Of a DNA stretch of 64,000 nucleotides, positions 11,129 to 22,100 are shown in pieces. A program made the translations under genes and the position numbers. The stretch comes from a virus, in IMG/VR virus record IMGVR_UViG_3300031951_000014; one strand, given 5' to 3'. Each line of letters starts with the position of its first letter. Position 1 is the first letter of the stretch. The notes below the pieces were generated by a model. The model saw only the letters and a program-made list of their open reading frames with translations, made no database searches and had not been told where the DNA came from.

Positions 11129-11530
11129 ATGTCAGACAAATTTAATGTTTATTTGTACAACGCAGAAGTTGTTAAGGTAGTAGACGGAGATACATTTAAG
11201 ATCAATATAGATCTTGGTTTTGAAGTTCACATTGGCCCAAAGAGTGTGAGACTCTATGGAGTTAATACACCGGAAAGCCGCACCACAAATCTTGAAGAAA
11301 AGAAGATGGGCCTCGCAGCAAAAGAGTTTACTGATCAATGGATTAAGAAAGCCAATAATAAGGTAAAGATTGAAACTATCTTAGATAAGAATGAAAAGTA
11401 TGGTAGAATCCTTGCTAAAGTATGGAACGAAGCTGGGGAGTGCTTGAACACAGAAATTGTTAAGGCTGGATTAGCTAGAGAATACTTTGGTGTAGGTGAC
11501 AAAACTTTTGAGGAATTCAAGAAGGCATAA
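11129..11530 (+). CDS. Staphylococcal-nuclease-like (SNase) thermonuclease
   Basis: VVKVVDGDTFKINIDLG...VRLYGVNTPE...GLAAKEFT...YGRILAKVW. Confidence 0.88.
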   Translation: MSDKFNVYLYNAEVVKVVDGDTFKINIDLGFEVHIGPKSVRLYGVNTPESRTTNLEEKKMGLAAKEFTDQWIKKANNKVKIETILDKNEKYGRILAKVWNEAGECLNTEIVKAGLAREYFGVGDKTFEEFKKA

Positions 11531-11934
11531 TGCAAACGTTTTTACCATATCCAGATTTTCAAGAATCAGTTCGGGTATTAGATTATCGTAGGCTTGGAAA
11601 GCAACGAGTAGAAACTTTCCAAGTTTTAAATATTCTTCTTGGCCGTACTCCGTCAAAAGGTTGGCGCAACCATCCTGTAACACGCATGTGGGATGGGCAT
11701 GAAGCTGCTCTCCAGTTATATCAGAACTATACGATAGCTGAATGGGTTAAGCGAGGATATAAAAACACCATGCAGTTTGAAGTTTTTGATGCACTTGATG
11801 TAGTTATGCCACCTTGGTTCGGCGCTGATGAATTTCATAGGTCCCATAGGTCTAACCTCTTGAGAAAAGACTATCAATATTATTCTCAATTTTTTGACGA
11901 ACCAAGTGATTTAGAGTATTATTGGCCAGTATGA
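11530..11934 (+). CDS. Pyrimidine-dimer DNA glycosylase (MSMEG_6728 / endonuclease V-like family)
   Basis: MQTFLPYPDFQESVRVLDYRRLGKQRVE...HPVTRMWDGHEAAL; contains an in-frame CGG read as Arg. Confidence 0.8.
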   Translation: MQTFLPYPDFQESVRVLDYRRLGKQRVETFQVLNILLGRTPSKGWRNHPVTRMWDGHEAALQLYQNYTIAEWVKRGYKNTMQFEVFDALDVVMPPWFGADEFHRSHRSNLLRKDYQYYSQFFDEPSDLEYYWPV

Positions 11935-12018
11935 TAATAATAGGAGTAAGATCTTACATATGCCATTGTCCAAAGCCAATCCCTCAGGATCCGGTTTGTG
12001 GGGACAGAGGCGTAGAAG

Positions 12019-12450
12019 ATGACGATTAGGAAAAAAATGCAAACAAGAGTGTTTTTATCAGGTGCAATAGAAGATGTTACTTCTGATTTTAAGTATAGTT
12101 GGAGAGATGAAGCTACTTTACTTTTAGATCAAAGAGGTTTTAAGGCCATTAATCCAATGGACTATGCCTTAGAAGAAGAGGACTGCGAACCAAAAGAAAT
12201 AGTAGATAAGAATCTCTTCCTTCAAAAAAGCTGTGATATCCTGCTGGTAGAATACACGATATTATATAGGGCTTATATAGGAACTGACTTTGAAATGACG
12301 TGGGCTCATTTAAACAATCAGCCTGTTATTGTTTGGGCTCATCAAAATCTACAACACAGAATTTATCTGAAGTTTCTTGCAACAAAAGTTGCAGACACAC
12401 TAGAAGAAGCTGTAGAATATATCTCTAATACATATCCATCAAAAAAATAA
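12019..12450 (+). CDS. Nucleoside 2-deoxyribosyltransferase-like protein
   Basis: VFLSGAIEDV...WRDEAT...KNLFLQKSCDILLVEY...GTDFEMTWAHLNNQPVIVW. Confidence 0.7.
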   Translation: MTIRKKMQTRVFLSGAIEDVTSDFKYSWRDEATLLLDQRGFKAINPMDYALEEEDCEPKEIVDKNLFLQKSCDILLVEYTILYRAYIGTDFEMTWAHLNNQPVIVWAHQNLQHRIYLKFLATKVADTLEEAVEYISNTYPSKK

Positions 12451-12464
12451 CGGAAGGAAAAAAA

Positions 12465-12656
12465 ATGTCCGACAATAAGTTCAATTACTTTGCAGTAGTT
12501 ACAACAACTCTTGTAAAGGCAAAGAATAAGCAAGATGCTGAGAAGATCAGCATGGGTCGTCGCAATGTAAATGGTGAGGTTCTGTTTAAGTCAACAGATA
12601 TCGAACGTATTTCATCTGTACAGGCACACAAGCAAATCAATCAATTATCAGCATAA
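12465..12656 (+). CDS. Small hypothetical protein
   Basis: ORF with RBS ggaaggaaaaaa. Confidence 0.5.
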   Translation: MSDNKFNYFAVVTTTLVKAKNKQDAEKISMGRRNVNGEVLFKSTDIERISSVQAHKQINQLSA

Positions 12657-12714
12657 GTACTAGCCAGGGCTAGATTTTTTTCTAGCTCTGGCTTTTCTAT
12701 ACATTGGAGTAAAA

Positions 12715-13416
12715 ATGATCATTGCACAAATGGTTGGAAGAAATGAGTCTTCTAGATTTTTGGAGCCAGTTCTTCAGAGAATTAAAAGCCAAGTAGATAA
12801 AATAGTTTTTACAGACGACTGCTCAACAGATGACACAGCTGAAATAGCTAAGAAGTATGCGGAAGTCTACTCAAATGAAGAGCCTTTATTTTCTTCAAAT
12901 GAAGGTTTGCTACGAGCAAAAGCTTGGCGCAATTTAGAAAATCACGCAAGTGAAGGCGATTGGATTATCGCAATAGACTGTGATGAAAAGCTGTACAACG
13001 TTGAAGATATTAATAATAGTAATATTAAAACAGTTTTAGATAAATCACCATATGATGTAGTAAATGTGCGTTTTTATCATATGTGGAATGAATCACAATA
13101 TAGAGTTGATAAACTATGGGCACCCAATAATAGCTCAAGAATCTTTAGATTTAAACCTGATGGTAAGTTTTTAGATCGCAAGTTAGCTTGTGGTTCTGAA
13201 CCTACATATGTAGTTGAAGACATTAGAAGAAAAAATTATTGGCTCCACTCTGGCTTAATCATGCAGCACTTAGGATATACTTACGATGACGACAAGCAAA
13301 ATAAGTATATGAGATACATGAATTTAGACAAGGGCGAGTTTCACAACTTAAACCATATCCAATCAATTATCGATCCTAATCCAACACTAATTAACTGGGG
13401 AAATTTCGGAATATGA
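12715..13416 (+). CDS. Family 2 glycosyltransferase
   Basis: MIIAQMVGRNESSRFLEPVLQRI...FTDDCSTDDTAEIAKKY...WIIAIDCDEKLY. Confidence 0.8.
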   Translation: MIIAQMVGRNESSRFLEPVLQRIKSQVDKIVFTDDCSTDDTAEIAKKYAEVYSNEEPLFSSNEGLLRAKAWRNLENHASEGDWIIAIDCDEKLYNVEDINNSNIKTVLDKSPYDVVNVRFYHMWNESQYRVDKLWAPNNSSRIFRFKPDGKFLDRKLACGSEPTYVVEDIRRKNYWLHSGLIMQHLGYTYDDDKQNKYMRYMNLDKGEFHNLNHIQSIIDPNPTLINWGNFGI

Positions 13417-14060
13417 AAACATATAATGCACCAGACACAATCAAAAAAGTTTCTCTTCTTCTAGAAAACAAACAAAGATTTGCTTTTGTGACATACACAA
13501 GATCTGCGATTTTTTCAGCAATAGGTGAAGTAAAGGGTGACAAAAAACCACCGAAGCATTTCACGAAATGTATTCTTGATGGATTGCAAAATCAAGATGA
13601 ACTGTTTGTCAGAGCAGCTCAAAACGATTTAGTTAATTCTTCTCTTGAGAGATTTAAAGAATTGGGTATTAACGCAAGTAATTTTTATGACCCAGGTTTT
13701 TTAGAATACTACATTAATAATAACTATGATGTATTCAAAACTTTCGCTTCGTGGTATTTTAAATATACTAAAGCAGTTGTTGTTTCATTCCAAAATGAAT
13801 CATACATAGGAAAATACTTTTCCACAGATTCAACCTTTATACAGGTGCCATACAATGACTTTTATTCAAAAGTAGATAGCATAACTAAAGAAGTACTTTC
13901 TAATAGAAATGGTGCAGAGATAGTTATACTTGACTGCCCAATGCTAAGTTCGGCAATTGCACCCAAAATTTGGGCAGAATCAAATATGTCAATCCTTGAC
14001 CTTGGTAGAACTTTAAACGCTGCTAGATCGTTGGTCAAGACTAATGATTCAAAGAAATAA
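13413..14060 (+). CDS. Hypothetical protein, possibly glycan-transfer related
   Basis: ORF coupled to the upstream glycosyltransferase. Confidence 0.4.
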   Translation: MKTYNAPDTIKKVSLLLENKQRFAFVTYTRSAIFSAIGEVKGDKKPPKHFTKCILDGLQNQDELFVRAAQNDLVNSSLERFKELGINASNFYDPGFLEYYINNNYDVFKTFASWYFKYTKAVVVSFQNESYIGKYFSTDSTFIQVPYNDFYSKVDSITKEVLSNRNGAEIVILDCPMLSSAIAPKIWAESNMSILDLGRTLNAARSLVKTNDSKK

Positions 14061-14709
14061 AAAAGACGAACTTACAGACAAACAGTATCTGACTCATCTT
14101 TTATTTGAGACAGATAAATCTTTCTCTGCAATTGCCCAGAGTATGGAGTTGACATTAAATGAGCTTAACTCCATGCTTAAAAAACTTGGTCTTTACTGGG
14201 TAAAAGATCACAGAAGAAAGATGTCAAAGGGGCAAACAGTCTTAACTAGCGTTGCTAAAAAACTATTACCAGGTCAAAAAATAGTTAATGAATATCATAT
14301 CGGAGATAGGTTAAAATTAGACGTATATTGCCCTTCCTACAAACTTGCTCTTGAGTTTCATGGCATACAGCATTTCAAATATAGCCCATTATTTTTTGAT
14401 TCTAAAGATGAGTTTATTGAAGCACAAAAGAGAGATGACAAAAAAGCCGTTCTTTGTGCAGAACAAGGAATTGTACTTGTCGTATTTAGATATAATGACA
14501 ACATATCAGAAGAGAATGTCTATGCTAGAATATTAGACGCCATAAAAAGTACAGCCGATGATAAATCTGTAGTTAAAAAAATAAAAAAACCAAGTGTAAA
14601 ACAAAATCAGATGTATCAAAAAGCAAAAGAGATAAGATCAGAACGCAATAAAAAATATTATAAGCAGATGAAAGAGCAAAGAAAAAATGGAAGAAGAAGT
14701 AAAGACTGA
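14044..14709 (+). CDS. PD-(D/E)XK / very-short-patch-repair-like endonuclease
   Basis: VNEYHIGDRLKLDVYCPSYKLALEFHGIQHFKY...QKRDDKKAVLCAEQGIVLVVFRY. Confidence 0.7.
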   Translation: MIQRNKKDELTDKQYLTHLLFETDKSFSAIAQSMELTLNELNSMLKKLGLYWVKDHRRKMSKGQTVLTSVAKKLLPGQKIVNEYHIGDRLKLDVYCPSYKLALEFHGIQHFKYSPLFFDSKDEFIEAQKRDDKKAVLCAEQGIVLVVFRYNDNISEENVYARILDAIKSTADDKSVVKKIKKPSVKQNQMYQKAKEIRSERNKKYYKQMKEQRKNGRRSKD

Positions 14710-16156
14710 GACTCCTCAGTATCCAATTGAATACCAGGTTTTTGCCCTTTCTCTTAGAAACCCTGGCTCGATTGCGTACTTTGACGCGCAACTGCCTGAA
14801 GATATCGTTGGCACAATAAATAACCAAATTGGAATAAATGAATTTTACAAAGCACTTTTAGCTTATCATCATGTTACTAAACTAGACTTAGTTGATCCGG
14901 TTGCTTTTAAGTCTTGGCTTGAATCAGAAACAGATATACATTCAGGTCTCGGTGGTGCAATAGGTGTTGACACCATGATAGATATTCTTTTAAATATAAA
15001 GATATCAGATCATGAGTCTGTAACTCAGGTAATTAAACATAGAGCCAACAAACAAAAGCAGCTTAATATTCTCCAGGAACTAGAGTTTATTTTAACTCAA
15101 AAAGGGGAAAAGACAGCTAAAGAAATAGCTAGAATTTCTGAGATAACAACAGAAATTAAAAACTTAGAAAATGAATTAAATTTTAACCCTTTAGATAGCG
15201 TTACTACAGCAGAAGATATAGCGAAAAGAGCAGAGTCTCTTTTGGATATACCAAGTTTTCTTCCAACCCAATACAAATCTTTGAATAGAGCAATGGGGTA
15301 TACGGACGAGGGAGGTTTCTTTAGGGGCGCAGTTCATGCGATTATTGCTCCTTCTGGAAAAGGCAAAAGCACTTTTGCCAAATGCTTAGTTAACAATTGG
15401 GCAGATACTGGTTATAGAGTATTATACGTAAACTTTGAGGAAGCAGTTCCTCACTGGGAAAGAGTTCTTATGACTCAGATAATAGAGAAGAACGTATATG
15501 CAGAAGCATCAAATTGGTCTGATAAAGAAAAAGAAGACAACTTAAATAAGTTCCAAGAAAAGCTAAACCAGTGGGGCGACAGATTCATGGTTAGACATGA
15601 CCCAGATACTCCATATTTTGAGGACCTTGAAAAGTGGCTACGAAGCATTATGGGTCATTCGGAACTAATCCCAGACGTTATTGTGATTGACACAATCCAA
15701 TCCATGTTCACTAGATCTTCAGGAAAAGGTAAGCCACGTTGGGGTGAGTTTGAAGAGATGATGGTTAGACTAGAGAAGCTTGCTAGAGATATGAGTTGCG
15801 TCTTAATTATCACAGCTCAAGAAAACGCAAACAGAATGAAAGAAAGAAGAGAAGTAGTTCAGCAGTCTGATACTGGCGGCTCTCTTTCTATCCAGCAAAA
15901 GTGTGCTGTCACAATATTTATTACAGAAAAAAAATTAATAAGTGGAGATGATTCAGAAGATGAGAATATAATGCAACTGCAGATCCCAAAAAATAGAATA
16001 ACTGGATCTACATATGTGTACAATTCTCCTCTAGTTAAGTACATAGATCAGCATAAAAAATATGTTGAATATGAACCGATAACAGCAGAATCATACGCTA
16101 AAATAGTTAACTCAGAAGACATGGAAGAACTCATGTCTAGTATCAATATATTGTAA
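14687..16156 (+). CDS. DnaB-like replicative helicase
   Basis: Walker A IIAPSGKGKSTF, Walker B PDVIVIDTIQSM, RecA-like core IITAQENANR. Confidence 0.85.
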   Translation: MEEEVKTETPQYPIEYQVFALSLRNPGSIAYFDAQLPEDIVGTINNQIGINEFYKALLAYHHVTKLDLVDPVAFKSWLESETDIHSGLGGAIGVDTMIDILLNIKISDHESVTQVIKHRANKQKQLNILQELEFILTQKGEKTAKEIARISEITTEIKNLENELNFNPLDSVTTAEDIAKRAESLLDIPSFLPTQYKSLNRAMGYTDEGGFFRGAVHAIIAPSGKGKSTFAKCLVNNWADTGYRVLYVNFEEAVPHWERVLMTQIIEKNVYAEASNWSDKEKEDNLNKFQEKLNQWGDRFMVRHDPDTPYFEDLEKWLRSIMGHSELIPDVIVIDTIQSMFTRSSGKGKPRWGEFEEMMVRLEKLARDMSCVLIITAQENANRMKERREVVQQSDTGGSLSIQQKCAVTIFITEKKLISGDDSEDENIMQLQIPKNRITGSTYVYNSPLVKYIDQHKKYVEYEPITAESYAKIVNSEDMEELMSSINIL

Positions 16157-16163
16157 GGGCACT

Positions 16164-16967
16164 ATGTTACACATAACAACACAACAATTAAAAGATTTTC
16201 AAACATGTGAAAGACTTTACGATTTTAGACACAGAGAAAAGCTGGCTGAAACAATTGGTGGAAGACAACTGCTGTCTGCAAAGTTTGAATCAACATTAAA
16301 AAGTATTGTTCATTATTTCTTTTATAAAAAACAAGCAGGTGTGACTCCATCGTACGCCTCACTTTTGAATAGATGGGAAAAGTTATGGTTTCCTAAAGAG
16401 ACATCTTCATTTGATATTGTTTATGAGCAGCACGAAACCTTGTATGGGAATACAGCTAGCTTGACAAGCAAAGCAGCATTTGTTTTATTAGATCTTATAG
16501 AAAACTTTGGAGATCAAGATATTATACCTATTGGTATTGATGAAGAATATATCGCACCAATAACTGATGATGTAGCAATTAAAGATAAGTTTGATTTAAT
16601 TTATTCAAAAAATAAAAAAATATATGTTGTTAAATGGGTGTTTAATCACAAGCTAAAGTATGAAGACAGTTATATTTTTGATTTTGCGGTAATGAACGTT
16701 GGCTTTATGAATAAGTTCTGTGACAAAAAGAATATAACTAGTTTTGGTTATGTTGATTTAATGAATCAAAAATCAGATTTTATAGAATTTTCAGTAGAAA
16801 ATGCAGACATCGAAGCTTTAAAATACTGGTGCAATTCTTTGTACGAGGAAAAAACATTTCCTTCAAGAAGAGGGCTAACCTCATATTGCAAGTCATGCCC
16901 ATTCGATAAGCCATGCTCTAAGTGGGTTGCATGGGAAAAAAAGGAGCAAAAAAATGTCAAAAAATAA
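16164..16967 (+). CDS. PD-(D/E)XK (Cas4/RecB-like) nuclease-fold protein
   Basis: ITTQQLKDFQTCERLYDFRH..., C-terminal CKSCPFDKPCSKW cysteine cluster. Confidence 0.65.
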   Translation: MLHITTQQLKDFQTCERLYDFRHREKLAETIGGRQLLSAKFESTLKSIVHYFFYKKQAGVTPSYASLLNRWEKLWFPKETSSFDIVYEQHETLYGNTASLTSKAAFVLLDLIENFGDQDIIPIGIDEEYIAPITDDVAIKDKFDLIYSKNKKIYVVKWVFNHKLKYEDSYIFDFAVMNVGFMNKFCDKKNITSFGYVDLMNQKSDFIEFSVENADIEALKYWCNSLYEEKTFPSRRGLTSYCKSCPFDKPCSKWVAWEKKEQKNVKK

Positions 16968-17643
16968 TTCCAATAATGTTCTTGATGATCTTTTATCAGA
17001 TAAAATTCAAACAACTTCTTTAAAAGATGAGGATAAAATATTAGAACCTCTTCTTGAAGAAATCAATTTAATAATTGATGAAGGAATTAGATCTTTTGTA
17101 AGATCTATATTGTATAGAGCTGATGGATTTTGGCAAATACCATCTAGTTTTTCTGGCAAATATCATCCAAAAGACGAGCATGGAGAGGGGGGCAATGTCC
17201 TTCATACAAAGAGAGCAGTAAAAATTGCAAGAATTATGTGCGATTCATACTCCCTCCCGCAAGAAGATATTGACATAGTTATCGCAGCAATGCTTTTGCA
17301 TGATGTTACTAAAGGTGTAAAGGATGAAACATCTAATGCATACAAGTATGATCCAATGCACCCATACACAGTAGGCCTTTTTGTCCGAAGATGTCAAGAA
17401 GATGACAAAAATTATGCTTCAGAAGTGCAGTCTTCAACATTGTTTTTGTCAGAAGATGTAGTTCAATCAATTCTGCGTTTGGTAAGATGTCATTTAGGCC
17501 CATGGTCACCAGTCCCCGAAACTACTCCAATTACATTTATGGATATGATAGTGCACATGGCAGACAATATTTCGTCTAAGCTCCATCATATTGTTGAGGT
17601 CGACAATGTGGTAGAATCTAGATGGAAAAATTATGACGAATGA
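16951..17643 (+). CDS. HD-domain phosphohydrolase
   Basis: VLHTKRAVKIARIM...VIAAMLLHDVTKG...MDMIVHMADNIS; probable start MSKNNSNN within ORF 16927..17643. Confidence 0.7.
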   Translation, partial: KMSKNNSNNVLDDLLSDKIQTTSLKDEDKILEPLLEEINLIIDEGIRSFVRSILYRADGFWQIPSSFSGKYHPKDEHGEGGNVLHTKRAVKIARIMCDSYSLPQEDIDIVIAAMLLHDVTKGVKDETSNAYKYDPMHPYTVGLFVRRCQEDDKNYASEVQSSTLFLSEDVVQSILRLVRCHLGPWSPVPETTPITFMDMIVHMADNISSKLHHIVEVDNVVESRWKNYDE

Positions 17644-17797
17644 TAACAATATAATCCTAAAAAGATTTACTCTCTTAAAAAGATTAGATTACTTTATAGA
17701 AGAATCTATATATTATAGAACTCATTCAGAATCTTTTTTGAATAAAAAAAATACACTAATAAATATCAACCAAAACACTCGGTAAAACAAAAGTATT

Positions 17798-19013
17798 ATG
17801 AAAATTAACTTAGATAGTAAATTTCTTTCTGAATGGAAATATTATGAAGTCGCAAGATACGTTCCCTCTCTTGGTAGGGTTATAAGAGAGAAGAATAAAA
17901 TCATTGAGTTTAAAGATATCAAAGAGTATTCAGAAAAAAATAATAACAATGGTATATACACTTCTGTATTTGCCTATAACTCAGAAGATCTAGAAAAAGC
18001 TACACGTCTTCGGACCACTTTACTTTGACCTGGATCACGCAGACTTTAGTGTAGCTATGCAAGAGTGTGTTAAGTTATACGAATATCTTGCAAAACGAAT
18101 CCCAAAGCAATCTATTTTAGTGTATTTTACTGGCAAAAAAGGCTTCCATATAGAATGTGAACCTGTTGCCTTAGGCATTAACCCTAGCAATACACTACCT
18201 AAAGTATTTAGATATATCGCAACAAAATTAAAGAAAGATCTTGAATTAGTTAGTCTTGATTTTAGCGTATATGATCTAAGAAGAATGTGGCGTTTACCTG
18301 GGTCTAAGCACCAAAGTACTGGTCTATATAAAACTCTTTTAAATCCACTTGGTAATGATTCAATCTTATATTCTGATCAAGAAACAATAGTGAATTACTC
18401 TTCTACTTTGCAGCCTATTGATGTAGCTGAACAAAGCTTTGCTTACTCAGCTAATGAATGGTATCGAGAAAACATTTATGAAATGGAAGAAGATGAAAAA
18501 AGAAAAGACAATCCTCTAGACTATTTTAATAAGTTTGGTTCAAAAGCTTTTAAAGACTTAAAAGAAACCCATAAAGTTTTTGATAGAGACGCCCTTCTTC
18601 ACGGTTGCTCTGCTGTTGCAAGACTAAAAAAACAAGCTGAAGAACAGCATTTTTTGGAACACGAAGCTAGATTGTTTTTGTGTTCAATACTAACTTATAC
18701 TGAAGATTCGATAAAGTTTCTGCATGAAATACTCAGCAACTGCTCTGATTACTCATTTGATAAATCTTCTGCACACATAAATGATTGGGTTAAAAGAAGA
18801 CAGATGGGAACTGGCGGTAGACCATTTACTTGTGATAGAGCAAATGCAGTCGGTGTTGGCTGTGGAGAATGTAAACTAGAAAGAAAAAATAAATGGGCTC
18901 AAATTGGAAACAAATATGTTGAAACTACAGAAAAGTCTTCACCATCACCAATTAGATACGCCTATAAAAATATAAAGAAAGAGGAAAATAATGGCAATAA
19001 GAAATCCAGATGA
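17798..19013 (+). CDS. AEP-type (archaeo-eukaryotic small subunit-like) DNA primase, ~404 aa, expressed by +1 frameshift at CGG 18011-18013
   Basis: ORF 17798..18028 joins ORF 18057..19013 in the +1 frame; join restores ATRLGPLYFDLDHADFSVAMQECVKLYEYLAKRIPKQSILVYFTGKKGFHIECEP; catalytic DxD motif FDLD lies just after the join; ORF1 does not otherwise terminate sensibly. Confidence 0.88.
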
Positions 19014-19197
19014 TGTAATTGGCGTCTGCTCTGAGTGTAAATCAGATCAGCCAATGGGCTACATGGAAAATAGCGCGTTTGCTCAAGCTGGTATAGCTGT
19101 TCCTTGTAAGTTTTGTGGAGGAATTGTAATTATAACCTATAGAGAAACAAGAGATCAATCACTTGGTAACTCTGATAGGGAGAGAGGGATAAATTGA
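18991..19197 (+). CDS. Small zinc-ribbon-like protein
   Basis: CSECK...CKFCG. Confidence 0.55.
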   Translation: MAIRNPDDVIGVCSECKSDQPMGYMENSAFAQAGIAVPCKFCGGIVIITYRETRDQSLGNSDRERGIN

Positions 19198-22100
19198 AAA
19201 ATTGGACCAACCTACATAACCATACTGTCTTTTCAATGTTAGATGGTCATGGTAAAGTAGAAGAATATTTTTCTAAAGCCAAGTCACTTGGGATGGTCGG
19301 TCTTGCTAGTACTGACCATGGAAACATACACTCATGGTTAGACTTTTATGATGCAGGCACAGCTTGTGGAGTGAAACCAATACTTGGTTCTGAGTTTTAT
19401 CAAGCTAGAAAATCTAGATTTGATAGAGATGAGGAAGAAAGATCAGGTCCAGCAAAAAATGAGTGGGAACAAAGAGGCCCATATCATTTAACAATACTAG
19501 CTAAAAACAATACTGGTTATCACAACTTAATAAAACTATCTTCTAGGTCATATTTAGATGGATATTATGTTAAGCCTAGAATAGACCACGAACTCATAGC
19601 AGAGCACGCTGATGGTCTTATAGTGCTTTCTGGGTGCCTCAATGGGGAGATAGCTCAGGCGTTATTAAGAGGAGATTATAATTTTGCTCTCACAACTGCC
19701 GCAAAAATGCAGGACATTTTAGGTAAAGAAAATTATTTTATAGAAATACAAAATCATGGATTAAGTGAGCAATTAAAAATTACATCTGACTTAATAAAAA
19801 TAGCTAATACAATTGGCGCAAAGATAATACCAACAGGCGACTGTCACTACGTGCATAAAGAAGATGCACGAGCTCACGATATTATGTTGTGTGTATCAAC
19901 TAACTCAAATATAAATACAGAAAACCGTTTTTCATTTAGCGGAGACAATTTTTATTTAAAATCATATGATGAGATGGCTGAAGTGTTTTCAGAGGAATGG
20001 TTAAAAAACACAATGCACATTGCAGACATGGTTAATGTTAACTTAAAGTTTGGTGAACTATACTTTCCTCATTTTCCACTTCCAGAAAATAAAAAAACAG
20101 ATGACTATCTTGATGAGTTAGCTTGGGAAGGTCTTAAGAAAAAGTATGGGGATCCTCTTCCAGAAGAAGTTTTAGCACGCGCTAATCACGAACTTCGCGT
20201 AGTTAAGGAAATGGGTTATCCAGAATATTTCTTAGTTGTTTCTGATTTAGTTCAATGGGCAAAAGCAAATGATATTAGAGTAGGCTGGGGAAGAGGTTCT
20301 GCAGCTGGAAGTATTTTATCTTACGCTTTAGGAATTACAAATTTAGATCCATTAAAATTTGGTTTGCTGTTTGAAAGATTCTTGGTTGAAGGAAGAAAGT
20401 CAATGCCGGATATTGACTTAGACTTTGATGATAGACATAGAGATAAAGTAATTGATTATGCTAGAAACAAATACGGAGATGACCGAGTAGCACATATATG
20501 TACTTTTAATAAAACTGGTGCACGACAATCTATTAGAGACGCAGCTAGAGCTTTAGCCTATGATTTTGCTGGTGGTGATAAGGTAGCAAAGCTTGTCCCA
20601 GCACCAGTGCTTGGAGTTTCAAAAACCCTTTCTGAATGCATGGAAGTTAAAGATTTTTCTGAGCTATACGAAAAAGACGAAGACGCTAAGCAGATAGTTG
20701 ATGCAGCCTTTGGCCTAGAAGGCTTGATAAGACAAACTGGAATGCATGCAGCTGGTGTAGTTATTTCTAGAGATCCATTAACAGAATATCTTCCCATCAT
20801 GCAAAAAGGAGTAGACAACCCTGTTATTACTCAGTGGGACATGGGAAGAGTAGAACAATGTGGACTATTAAAAATTGACTTTCTTGGGTTAAGAAACCTT
20901 GGAGTCATAGACTACTGTATTAAACTTGTGCAAAAGACAAGAGGCGTACACATAGATGTTGATGAGATACCATTAAATGATTATAAAACATTTAACGAGC
21001 TTTGTAGAGGGAATGCGATAGGCGTTTTCCAGCTTGAGTCAACTGGCATGCGTGAACTTATGGTTCAGCTTCAACCTCAAACAGTAGAAGATATAATGGC
21101 TCTTATATCACTTTACAGACCTGGTCCTATGGGATCTGGTATGGATAAGCTTTACATATCTAGAAAGCATGCGCGCACTAGTATTGAATATGACCATCCA
21201 AATCTAGAAAAAGTTCTAGGCCCATCACTAGGCATCATGCTTTACCAGGAAGACGTACTTGGTGTCGCCAGAGAACTTGCTGGCTTTAGTTCTGCGGAAG
21301 CTGATGATCTACGTAAAGTAATTGGCAAAAAGCTGATGGATAAAATTGCTCTTTTCAGAGATAAGTTTGTTAAAGGCTGCATTAAAAAATCTAATTTGTC
21401 AGAAGAAAAAGCTAATAAAATTTATTCAGATATTGAATACTTTGGTGGCTATGGTTTCAATAGAGCTCACGCTGCAAGTTATGCGATGATTTCATACATA
21501 ACAGCATACTTAAAAACAAATTATACTGCAGAGTATATGGCGGCTTTGTTGTCATCTGTTACTGGCAATAAAGATAAGCTAGCATTATATTTGGCTGACT
21601 GTAGAAAACTTGGCCTTGAGGTTCTAAGCCCTTCAATAAATAAGTCAGTTGAAGATTTTGCTGTGATAGATAATGAGACAATTATCTTTGGTCTTTCTGC
21701 TATCAATGGGATAGGTTATGCAGTTTCTGAAGCTATTCTCTCTTCTAGAGATGTTAAAAACCCGTATGTTAGTATGTATGATTTCTTTAGAAGAACAAAC
21801 CCATCAGTGTTAAAAAAATCAACACTAGAACATTTAGCTAATGCAGGAGCATTAGATGAATTGATAGATGAAGCACTTGACCAAGACTTCGGTAGACAAA
21901 CAGAATTAAAAATTCTAGAAAAAGAAAAAGAAGAACTTGGTATTTATGTTTCAAAAAATCCAGTAGATGGAGTTTGGGATCTTCTTAGCAAGCAAGTTAG
22001 CTATGAAATCATAGATATAGCTGATCTTCCTGCTGGCTCACGCGTAACTATAGCTGGGATTGTTTCAGGAGCGAAGAAAATGATTACCAAGAAGGGAGCA

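Noticed and set aside
11955-12020. Possible tRNA in the 11955-12020 intergenic stretch
   Set aside because: Could not form acceptor and T arms; only a short ORF (MPLSKANPSGSGLWGQRRRR) is visible.
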